A stretch of 64,000 bases of DNA from a virus (lineage: Duplodnaviria > Caudoviricetes), in IMG/VR virus record IMGVR_UViG_3300031760_000001, positions 180,785 through 244,784 of that record; one strand, written 5' to 3'. The notes beneath the pieces are model-generated. The model did not search any database, was not told the origin of the DNA, and saw only the letters and a program-made list of their open reading frames with translations. Below are positions 10,209 to 18,516 of the stretch, piece after piece. Both the position numbers and the translations under genes were made by a program. The first letter of the stretch is position 1, and the number at the start of each line of letters is the position of its first letter.

Positions 10209-11052
10209 ATATATATTAAGGGAAGCTAAAGTTTACAGTGTTGATGATGAATATGACGGAATGCGTATCAAAGTACGCCTTGACGGTTTGGATGGGCATT
10301 TGAGTGATGATGAACTTCCATATTGTTTTCCGTTGTTACCTAAACTCATACACATAGCCCCAAAAGTTGGTGAAGCTGTTATTGTAATTCTCGGAAGATG
10401 TGGTGCAGCAACCAGCAACAGGTATTATATTGGTCCAATATTATCACAACCATATTACTACAAAGAGGAACTGTATGATTTAAGTGCATTGAATATGTTG
10501 TTAAACCGAAAAACAACACCAATCCAGAAAGCAGAACGTGACCCATTGAATAACGGTACACTTCCTGATATTGAAGATATTGCACTTATTGGTAGGGAAA
10601 ATGCAGACATTACATTAAAAACTAATGAAGTTAGGCTAAGATGTGGCTATAAATCCACCCCAAACGGTAAAGTTGAAGACCGCTTGCATTTTAATGAGAT
10701 TAATCCAGCCTATATTCAAATGAAATACAAAAAAATGACCGATGAAAGGGGTAAGGAAATAAATAGTTTTGTTAATATTGTTGCTGACAAAATAAATTTA
10801 ATGAATCATAATTTACTAATAGACAGAACTGATGTAATTAATGAAGATGATTTAATGGATTTCATAAACAACAGTGGTCATCCGCTTGTGTATGGTGATG
10901 AGGTTGTTGCACTTCTGAAAGACATTCTGAATATAATACAAACACATACACATCCGTTTGCAATGTGTCCACCTAAGTTTGACAAGAGTGATTTGAAGGT
11001 GTTTGACACAAATTTGAATGCAATGTTGTCTGATACAGTAAGAATTAGTTAA
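10198..11052 (+). CDS. Baseplate hub/spike protein (gp5/VgrG-like OB fold)
   Basis: VDD...RIKVRL...PKVGEAVIV...YYIG OB-fold; C-terminal HTH (HxH) spike-tip motif. Confidence 0.75.
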   Translation: MENEYILREAKVYSVDDEYDGMRIKVRLDGLDGHLSDDELPYCFPLLPKLIHIAPKVGEAVIVILGRCGAATSNRYYIGPILSQPYYYKEELYDLSALNMLLNRKTTPIQKAERDPLNNGTLPDIEDIALIGRENADITLKTNEVRLRCGYKSTPNGKVEDRLHFNEINPAYIQMKYKKMTDERGKEINSFVNIVADKINLMNHNLLIDRTDVINEDDLMDFINNSGHPLVYGDEVVALLKDILNIIQTHTHPFAMCPPKFDKSDLKVFDTNLNAMLSDTVRIS

Positions 11053-11056
11053 AAAA

Positions 11057-11078
11057 AACGCCACACATTTGTGGCGTT
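11057..11078. terminator. Hairpin terminator
   Basis: AACGCCAC-loop-GTGGCGTT preceded by an A run. Confidence 0.6.
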
Positions 11079-11081
11079 AAC

Positions 11082-11089
11082 TATTTATA
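11082..11089 (+). promoter_or_regulatory. Class C (late-type) motif TATTTATA
   Basis: 19 nt upstream of ATG 11109. Confidence 0.65.
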
Positions 11090-11108
11090 TTATATATAAT
11101 ACAATATT

Positions 11109-12491
11109 ATGGCAATCGTTACACATACATTTCTAGATAAAACAAACACCATTATTGAAGGTGAAAAGGTTAATTTGGGTATGAACCCTATACTTGAACT
11201 CTATTACGGTGTACCTGTATCAAGGGGTTTAATTCATTTTGATATCAACAATATAAAAAACAAGGTTGAAGATAAGACATATCCTGACATAACCAAACTC
11301 CATCACAGACTTAAAATGAAGAATGTTGCAGGTCTCAGAACCCCATATCAACACAAGTTCAACAGATACAACCATGCTGAAAGAGCCAAATCTTTTGATT
11401 TGGTGTTCTTTGGGATTGACAGAGATTGGGATATGGGTGGCGGTTTCGATTACCTGAAAGACGGTTATGACACAGTAAACATAATATACTCGGAACACGG
11501 TTCCAACTGGTATCAATGCAAAGACTACACAAAATGGGCTAACGACGGCGTGTTCACCAGGGAATACATCCAAACCAACGCGATGTACATGCAGCATTTC
11601 GATGTCGGCAATGAGGATATCGACATTGACATTACTGGTTACGTCAACGAGTGTCTGGCAGGAACCCGTGACAATTACGGATTTGGTGTTGCATTTTCCC
11701 ATGACCTTGATGAAATTGAAACACCAGCACTCAACTATGTCGGTTTCTTCACTGACCACACACACACGTTCTACCATCCGTATGTCGAAACAAGGTATGA
11801 CGACTATATCTCGGACGACAGGACAAACTTTTATCTGGACAAAGACAACAGGCTTTATTTTTATGCCAATGTAGGCGGTAAAATGGTCAACCTGGATGAA
11901 CTGCCCACCTGTTGTGTTTCGTGCACCGACGTGCCCGTAAAACAAGCCACAAAGGGGGTATATTATATAGAGGTGAATCTCAACTCAAGTGAGTTTGAAG
12001 AAGAGACCATGTATTATGACACATGGAGCAACCTGAAGTATAACGGGGTTAAGTTGCCAGATGTCGAACTCTACTTCACAACCAAAGCACCGAGAGCCTA
12101 TTTCACGTTCGGTTTGCCTTATGAAACCAAAAAACAGGAGACTATTGTCCCTTCAATTAGTGGCATTAACCACAGGGAACAGATTGAACAGGGTGATGTG
12201 AGAAAAATCAATGTCAACTGCAAGATTGCCTACACAACCAAACAGCAGTATGCTGTTGACGGATTGGAATACAGGCTGTACAGCAAAGCAAGTGACATTG
12301 AAGTCGATGTCATTGAGTGGACGCCAGTGGAACGCGGATATAACGAGAATTTCTTCCTGGTTGACACTAAAGAACTGGCACCAGGGAAATACTTCATTGC
12401 AATCAAAGTGATGAAAGATATGGAAGAGATAATTCACAGGGAACTTTGTGAGTTTGATATACTGGATAATAAGAAAGATTTAAGAGGATAA
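11109..12491 (+). CDS. Putative virion structural protein (DNRLRE-like beta-sandwich N-terminus)
   Basis: SRGLIHFD, WDMGGG, IDITGYV, NYGF, YVETRYDD pattern; late-type motif upstream. Confidence 0.5.
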   Translation: MAIVTHTFLDKTNTIIEGEKVNLGMNPILELYYGVPVSRGLIHFDINNIKNKVEDKTYPDITKLHHRLKMKNVAGLRTPYQHKFNRYNHAERAKSFDLVFFGIDRDWDMGGGFDYLKDGYDTVNIIYSEHGSNWYQCKDYTKWANDGVFTREYIQTNAMYMQHFDVGNEDIDIDITGYVNECLAGTRDNYGFGVAFSHDLDEIETPALNYVGFFTDHTHTFYHPYVETRYDDYISDDRTNFYLDKDNRLYFYANVGGKMVNLDELPTCCVSCTDVPVKQATKGVYYIEVNLNSSEFEEETMYYDTWSNLKYNGVKLPDVELYFTTKAPRAYFTFGLPYETKKQETIVPSISGINHREQIEQGDVRKINVNCKIAYTTKQQYAVDGLEYRLYSKASDIEVDVIEWTPVERGYNENFFLVDTKELAPGKYFIAIKVMKDMEEIIHRELCEFDILDNKKDLRG

Positions 12492-12510
12492 AAAAAAATA
12501 AAATTTTTAC

Positions 12511-12538
12511 GGAAAAAACATTGAGATTTTGGTTATAG
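12511..12538 (+). promoter_or_regulatory. Class A bipartite motif GGAAAAAA-N9-TTTGGTTATA
   Basis: Four copies in the window with identical spacing. Confidence 0.7.
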
Positions 12539-12572
12539 GGTAAAAGTTATACAATTTTAACCCAAAATTAAA

Positions 12573-13946
12573 ATGAAAAAAAAATCACGTAAAACAAAGG
12601 AATTCCTCAATTTTACTAATGAGGAAATGGGTGTAATTATTAAGAGAATCTTTAATTACACATTAGGTCAACTTGCATGTGGATATGTAGATAACTCAAT
12701 GGATGAAAATGGAGGTATATTTGCCTGGAACGGAAAACTCAATATCAGACCGCCATTTCAACGAGCATATGTGGTTGATGCAAAACAAGATTGGAAAACA
12801 AAATTAATTAGTAGTATTATCCACGATAAGCCAATTGGTTGTATCTATTTTGGGCAGCAAAATACTGATGTTGATTATTATATGTTGCTTGATGGTCAAC
12901 AACGACTAATCACTGTTTTTGAATTCATTAACAACTTATCAACTATGCCAGTCATGAAGGATGGCAAGGTTAAAGAGTGTTTGTTTAGCCAACTAACGCA
13001 AGAAGAGCAAAATAAAATTCTAAACTATAAACCAACAATATATGTAGCCACAGGAAGCCAGAGTGCCATATTGGAATGGTTTATTACCATTAACCAACAG
13101 ATTACCATTCTAACTGACCAAGAAATCCGTAACGCAGCGTTTAATGGTCCGTTTGTTGAGTCCGCTAAACGTTATTTTTGTCGTGTACGTGCAACACAAA
13201 AACCCACTAGTTACAACTATCTGGTTATGCATCAGGATAGTGATTATTCATATTTAAAATATACTAACTGCAAATCACCAGAAAGTTGTGATGTGTTAGA
13301 GGTTGCTCTTGATTGGTTGACATATGAAGAATATCCAGAAATGCGTGTTGACAACACTATGGATGAACGAATTCGCCGATATATGTCAGAACATGCTAAT
13401 GACGATAATGCGGATGACCTTTTAAATCATTATAAAACCGTATATGATTGGGTGCGAAATACATTTACTTGTTGGCAAAAATCAATGAAAAAAGTTGATT
13501 GGGGCCGTCTATATACCGAATATCATAATAAAGATTATGATATTAATGACCTTAATATGAAAGTAGATGAATATATGAATAATGAAGAGGTTACAGCTAA
13601 CAGTGCCGTGTTTGAATTTGTATTACTTGGCTGTCCAGAAAACAAAGTGAATATGCTAATTCCTCGTAATTTTAAAGAACGTCAAAAACAAAAACAATAT
13701 CAACTCCAAGGTGGATTAGACCCCGTAACAATGGAACCGTTGTTGACTGGAAAGGGTAAAAAACATTATGTTGCACATCACATTATTCCTTTCTATGTTG
13801 GAGGTAAAACCGATGAAAGTAATATTGTACTGATAAATCCAGAAACCCATGCCCTGATTCATGATGGATGTGAGTATTCGCCTGAGAAAATCAAAATATT
13901 GCGCGACCATTTAATGCAATTGATTGCAAATAATAATAAAAAGTGA
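12573..13946 (+). CDS. DUF262 (GmrSD-N/ParB-like) plus C-terminal HNH nuclease
   Basis: RPPFQRAYV, LDGQQRL, FITINQ...LT.QEIRNA; HHIIPF..GGKT..SN...INPETH. Confidence 0.85.
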   Translation: MKKKSRKTKEFLNFTNEEMGVIIKRIFNYTLGQLACGYVDNSMDENGGIFAWNGKLNIRPPFQRAYVVDAKQDWKTKLISSIIHDKPIGCIYFGQQNTDVDYYMLLDGQQRLITVFEFINNLSTMPVMKDGKVKECLFSQLTQEEQNKILNYKPTIYVATGSQSAILEWFITINQQITILTDQEIRNAAFNGPFVESAKRYFCRVRATQKPTSYNYLVMHQDSDYSYLKYTNCKSPESCDVLEVALDWLTYEEYPEMRVDNTMDERIRRYMSEHANDDNADDLLNHYKTVYDWVRNTFTCWQKSMKKVDWGRLYTEYHNKDYDINDLNMKVDEYMNNEEVTANSAVFEFVLLGCPENKVNMLIPRNFKERQKQKQYQLQGGLDPVTMEPLLTGKGKKHYVAHHIIPFYVGGKTDESNIVLINPETHALIHDGCEYSPEKIKILRDHLMQLIANNNKK

Positions 13947-15109
13947 TATATTATATTTATATGATAAATGAAATTTATATACCAGACGGGTTTGAGTATG
14001 TATATTCACCATTAATAAAAAAAATGGTTCTCAAACCAAAACAAGGGTTTTCTGATAATTATTTACAAGACAACCAATTTGTACCATTACATGAATGTAA
14101 TTTAGATAATGAGGAAAACGATTCAAACGAACCACAAAAGAAAACAAATAAAAATCTTCATAAAGCCAAAAAAATAAAGAATGACGAATTCTATACCACT
14201 CTTGGTTCTATTGTCAATGAGGTAAAACATTACCAAGACCAATTTAAAGATAAAATTGTTTATTGCCCGTGTGATAAAGTATTTAACAAAGGGCGTAGTA
14301 ATTTTTTTGAATACTTTTCAACAATGTTCCATGTTCTGGGATTAAAAAAACTAATATGTACACAGTACAACCCAGACAGTAATGGTAAAGCTATTATTTT
14401 CCAAGGACGGGGTATTCGTTGGGATTATAATGGTGAAATTGATGATAATATACATATTGATGAATGTGGGGTGGAAACAACAATACTTAAAGGGAATGGG
14501 TCTTTCGATAGTGAGGAATGTCAAGAAATCATGTCTCAATGTGATATTGTTGTCACAAACCCGCCATTTTCATTGTTAAGGTCTTTCATTGCCCAAATAA
14601 TAAAGCACAATAAACAATTTCTAATCATTGGTCCACAAAATGCCATAACTTGTAAAGAAATTTTTCCTTTGATACAAGAAAATAAAATGTGGCTTGGATA
14701 TACTTATGTGAAAGAATTTGAAGTCCCAATTACTGAAATAACATCAAAAACCCAATATTATGATGAAACAACAGGAAAATTTTATCAGAAATTTGGTAAT
14801 ATATGTTGGTATACTAATTTGATGCATAATAAACGCACAGAAATGATACCGTTGGTTAAAAAATATGAAGAAAATGCATATTTAATTTACGATAATTATA
14901 ATGCTATTAATGTTGATAAAGTTGAAAACATCCCTTATGATTACAACGGTATTTTAGGGGTTCCTATAACTTTTCTAACCAAATACAACCCCAATCAATT
15001 TCAAATTATTGGTTTGGACAGGTATGTTGAAGGAAATAAGTACCCAAACAAAAGAATGTTTATAAACGGAAAAGAACAATACGCTAGAATATTAATAAAA
15101 ATTAAATAA
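13943..15109 (+). CDS. Adenine-specific DNA methyltransferase, EcoRI family
   Basis: LHKAKK.KNDEFYT, YCPCD, GNGSFDSEEC, DIVVTNPPFSL, GVPITFL.KYNP.QF. Start codon uncertain. Confidence 0.9.
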   Translation: MIYYIYMINEIYIPDGFEYVYSPLIKKMVLKPKQGFSDNYLQDNQFVPLHECNLDNEENDSNEPQKKTNKNLHKAKKIKNDEFYTTLGSIVNEVKHYQDQFKDKIVYCPCDKVFNKGRSNFFEYFSTMFHVLGLKKLICTQYNPDSNGKAIIFQGRGIRWDYNGEIDDNIHIDECGVETTILKGNGSFDSEECQEIMSQCDIVVTNPPFSLLRSFIAQIIKHNKQFLIIGPQNAITCKEIFPLIQENKMWLGYTYVKEFEVPITEITSKTQYYDETTGKFYQKFGNICWYTNLMHNKRTEMIPLVKKYEENAYLIYDNYNAINVDKVENIPYDYNGILGVPITFLTKYNPNQFQIIGLDRYVEGNKYPNKRMFINGKEQYARILIKIK

Positions 15110-15133
15110 GGTGGAATTCATTCCATCTTATTT
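15104..15133. terminator. Bidirectional terminator at convergence of + and - blocks
   Basis: AAATAAGGTGGAA-TTCA-TTCCATCTTATTT. Confidence 0.8.
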
Positions 15134-15139
15134 GTTTAT

Positions 15140-15775
15140 TTAATATCCAAATGAAGCTTTAATTAGTGAGTCAATTGTTGTATTTCCGTGATATATTTCC
15201 TGTCCATTAACATCACGAGCTCTAAAATCTATATTCTTACCAGTCCCTTTAAGATATGGTTCAATGATAACATCCCTATCACGGTCTAATACCATACCCA
15301 GTCTTGAAATAGAATACCTTTGAGCAATTAATTTCCTTACTTCATCGGTAATTTTCATATTATTTTTATTGCCAACAAATATAAGTGGGACAAATTCATC
15401 TTCTGGATGTTGTTCTTGATATTCAGCTAATGGTATTTCATTTCGATTTCTTCTTCCTCCACCAATTCCATTGTTTACCCGTGTAACCTCAAATGTTCTT
15501 GGGTTGATTTTAACACCTTTTGGTAAATTTCTGGTATAGATTACATGCCCGAAATTATCAACTTCCAAGGCTCGTGGGTCAATGATGCCATCGCGAATTG
15601 GCTGTGCAAGTTTTTGTTTGACAAATTTTAACGACATTTCTTTACTATTTCCAAATTTGCCAAAATCAACACCTTCATTTATATAATTTTTGATACCTTC
15701 ATTAAGGTATGTTTTTATACTCGTTTCAATAATTTTTTCAAGTATGGTTTCATTTAATTTTATTATTTTCTTCAT
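15140..15775 (-). CDS. Leader-motif protein, unknown cargo
   Basis: N-terminus MKKIIKLNETILEKIIETSIKTYLNE...YINE. Confidence 0.65.
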   Translation of the reverse strand: MKKIIKLNETILEKIIETSIKTYLNEGIKNYINEGVDFGKFGNSKEMSLKFVKQKLAQPIRDGIIDPRALEVDNFGHVIYTRNLPKGVKINPRTFEVTRVNNGIGGGRRNRNEIPLAEYQEQHPEDEFVPLIFVGNKNNMKITDEVRKLIAQRYSISRLGMVLDRDRDVIIEPYLKGTGKNIDFRARDVNGQEIYHGNTTIDSLIKASFGY

Positions 15776-15795
15776 ATATTTATTTTAATATTATT

Positions 15796-16272
15796 TTATT
15801 TAATCTTAGTCAATTGTTCCATTTGTTCCTCATTCAACTTAATGAGTTTCCTCATATGTTCGGTTGGTTTGGATTCAATCTCGTTCTGTATACTTTCAGT
15901 CCAACTTCTGAAAAGTATGTTCCCTTTAAGGTAAGCTTCCTCTTCAAGTTTCATTAGTCTATCATCCCCAATAATCTCCTGACCGCTGTAAGCGTCGTTT
16001 GCAAGCCTTCCTTCAAGGTTCTGGTAATGGTGTATGCATTCATGTGCAAAACTTCTTAGAACGTCCTTGGGATGCCTTCCACGGGCAAATAGCATGACAA
16101 GTTTTTCCTCTGGATTATACCACCCAGTTTTGATGAACACTTCATCCTCGCCCTGGTTCCTGTTTGATAATTTAATCTTAGGATATGGTTTAATTTTATA
16201 TGTTTTATTAATAAATTCAGCAAGGCTTTTTATATAAGGCTCGTAATTGAAGTGTTTATTCTTTTTTCCCAT
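15796..16272 (-). CDS. Zincin (HExxH) metallopeptidase-like protein with C-terminal leader-like motif
   Basis: RSFAHECIHHYQ...EEEAY; C-terminal RKLIKLNEEQM. Confidence 0.7.
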   Translation of the reverse strand: MGKKNKHFNYEPYIKSLAEFINKTYKIKPYPKIKLSNRNQGEDEVFIKTGWYNPEEKLVMLFARGRHPKDVLRSFAHECIHHYQNLEGRLANDAYSGQEIIGDDRLMKLEEEAYLKGNILFRSWTESIQNEIESKPTEHMRKLIKLNEEQMEQLTKIK

Positions 16273-16294
16273 TTGTATAAAAAAATATTTATAT

Positions 16295-16801
16295 TTATTC
16301 ACCTTCAGGTTTTAAACCAACGTATTTCCAACTATCGCCATCGTTTAATTCAAATGACATGTATACAGGTTGCCCATTCATATGACTGTAAGGTTCACCA
16401 CATTGAAAATAATTCCTGGTGTATGTTTTCGGTGGGACAGCACTAGCTAATTCTTCAACAACTTCATTTGATACCAACGTACCTGGTTTCAAATTGTCCA
16501 AGTTTTTATCATATTGCCAATTTGACATATTATAAACGCCATCACCCTCATATGGGGTCGGCTCCACTTCATCATTATATGGTTGTGAGTATCCATTAGC
16601 TTCAGCCCACTCAACTAAATCTTTGTTTCCGAGCCAATTCATTAATTGTAAAGCAATTTCTTTCCATCCTTTCCATGAAACATCTTGTGATTCAAAATAT
16701 TCCATAATATCCTCAGCCTCCCTTTCCTCCATTTCATATGAAATGGCTTCCATAATCATATTTTTTAGGGTGGACTCGTTAATTTTAATTACTTTTGCCA
16801 T
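16295..16801 (-). CDS. Leader-motif protein, unknown cargo
   Basis: MAKVIKINESTLKNMIMEAI; C-terminal domain with VPP...FQCGEPYSH...WKYVG. Confidence 0.65.
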   Translation of the reverse strand: MAKVIKINESTLKNMIMEAISYEMEEREAEDIMEYFESQDVSWKGWKEIALQLMNWLGNKDLVEWAEANGYSQPYNDEVEPTPYEGDGVYNMSNWQYDKNLDNLKPGTLVSNEVVEELASAVPPKTYTRNYFQCGEPYSHMNGQPVYMSFELNDGDSWKYVGLKPEGE

Positions 16802-17250
16802 TACTTTTTAATACCTTTTATATTATTAATAGCCTTTGTTACTGCTTCATTAAGTCTTGCATCCGACACATTATCAAAATTGGCAAGATATACCTTCTGA
16901 GCCATATCTGATTTGAAGTCATCAATGATTGATACGATACCTGTGTATTTATCATTCTTTTCAATAGCTTTTCTCAATCCTTCAACCAAGTCAACAACAT
17001 TCTTACATACTGCAGCAATGTCACTTGATTTCTTGACAGAAAGTCTTAATGAAAAATCGTTGAAGTTTGGTTTACCAGTATGTCCAAAAGCTTTTTCAGC
17101 CAAATCATCGGCAAATTCCATGATTGTATCCCTCACTTCATCACACAATGTGTGACAATGCATCTTCCTGGTTGTGTAATGTATCATCTTGCACATATCA
17201 GCGTACAAGAACAATCTCATCACTATGTTTGCAATTTCTTTTTTGTTCAT
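16801..17250 (-). CDS. Ferritin/Dps-like four-helix protein
   Basis: IHYTT...H.LCDE...DDLAE ferritin-like pattern; C-terminal RLNEAVTKAI. Confidence 0.6.
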   Translation of the reverse strand: MNKKEIANIVMRLFLYADMCKMIHYTTRKMHCHTLCDEVRDTIMEFADDLAEKAFGHTGKPNFNDFSLRLSVKKSSDIAAVCKNVVDLVEGLRKAIEKNDKYTGIVSIIDDFKSDMAQKVYLANFDNVSDARLNEAVTKAINNIKGIKK

Positions 17251-17274
17251 TATAATATACCTTTTAATATATAA

Positions 17275-17296
17275 TATAAATATATTGGTATTTATT
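17275..17296. promoter_or_regulatory. Divergent class C motifs: TATTTATA (-, 17275-17282) and TATTTATT (+, 17289-17296)
   Basis: Back-to-back between divergent genes starting at 17250 and 17326. Confidence 0.6.
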
Positions 17297-17325
17297 ATTA
17301 TACACAAAAAACTTTACCACACTAT

Positions 17326-18132
17326 ATGAAAAAAACTATATTTTTAACCGAATCGGATTTAAAACATCTTATATCGGAGTGTGTCTTGGAATACTGTACA
17401 CATAACAGGGTTGAAGAAGGGAAAACAGGCAATATATTAACCGCATTAGGTCTTGTTGCTGGCGGGATAACTGGATTGGGATATACAGATACACCGAATA
17501 CAAAGCAACAGCAAATTATCCCACCACAGACGATGTACCAAATGGATAAAAGCCCAAAAAACAATGACTCAACTATCAACTATTACGATTACGTAAAAAA
17601 CCAAATAACGAATCGTTTCAAACAAACCGACAACAATCCGAAACAAGAAAAACCTCAAATACAAAGAGAATATTATCCAAGCGACAATGTGATTAATTTC
17701 ATAAAGTCGTATGAATCATTCCATGAAGGATGGATTGACGACGGAGATGGTAATTTGACAACAGGGTGGGGTTTCAAAATGACCCCAGAACTTAAAAAAA
17801 GATTCCCTACAGGAATGCACCGTGATAAAAACGGCAACACACCAGAAGCAGATGCTTACTTGAAGGAATATATAAATAATAATCTTGGATTGTTTAAAAA
17901 ATATACACCAAACCTTGATAAACTTCCGCAAGAATATGCTGATGCTTTGTTTGATGTATATTACAATGTTGGCCCAAATGTATACAAAAACAGTCCAAAT
18001 CTACAACATGCGTTGAAAAATGTAGATTTGCCACAAATTGCAAACAACCTTAAATACGGAAAACTAAAAGGACACAAAAAACGTAGTGCAGACAGAAAAA
18101 ACATGTTGAAAGGAAATTATAAACGTAGTTAA
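17326..18132 (+). CDS. Leader-motif protein with GH24 (phage lysozyme) domain
   Basis: MKKTIFLTESDLKHLISECV; hydrophobic ILTALGLVAGGITGLG; FIKSYES..E/D/T pattern DDGDGNLTTGWG; DALFDVYYNVG. Confidence 0.8.
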   Translation: MKKTIFLTESDLKHLISECVLEYCTHNRVEEGKTGNILTALGLVAGGITGLGYTDTPNTKQQQIIPPQTMYQMDKSPKNNDSTINYYDYVKNQITNRFKQTDNNPKQEKPQIQREYYPSDNVINFIKSYESFHEGWIDDGDGNLTTGWGFKMTPELKKRFPTGMHRDKNGNTPEADAYLKEYINNNLGLFKKYTPNLDKLPQEYADALFDVYYNVGPNVYKNSPNLQHALKNVDLPQIANNLKYGKLKGHKKRSADRKNMLKGNYKRS

Positions 18133-18410
18133 TTAGTGTTTTTTATTATCTCTCTAAAATCAACACTAGCCTTTTCTAACGTCTCATCATCAAATTGACT
18201 AATATCAATCCAATCACTGTTATCAAATTCAACAAATTCTCCGTTATATATCTTAACCTCTCTCAATAGCTCTTCAGTTAATTCAAACTCTTTATAATTC
18301 GGGTTTTTATAAACATATTTAATCAAACCACAATCCCAAATTCTATCATATCCAAGTTCACGAGCCATTTCAAGTTCAGTCATTGATTTGTCAAAACCAT
18401 AATTTAATAA
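18129..18410 (-). pseudogene. C-terminal remnant of a Hef-like homing-endonuclease-associated protein
   Basis: YGFDKSMTELEMARELGYDRIWDCGLIKYVY resembles the terminal motif of that family (recalled, not searched); upstream domains are absent. Confidence 0.5.
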
Positions 18411-18463
18411 TCGTATAAAAACCTTTAATAAAAACAAACTTAAATGGGTCAAAAAAAGACAAT

Positions 18464-18497
18464 AAAAAAAGCGTGACCGAAATCACGCTTTTCTTTT
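18464..18497 (-). terminator. Terminator after major capsid gene
   Basis: AAAAGCGTGA-loop-TCACGCTTTT with a T run on the minus strand. Confidence 0.85.
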
Positions 18498-18516
18498 ATA
18501 AACGATTGAGTTTCAA

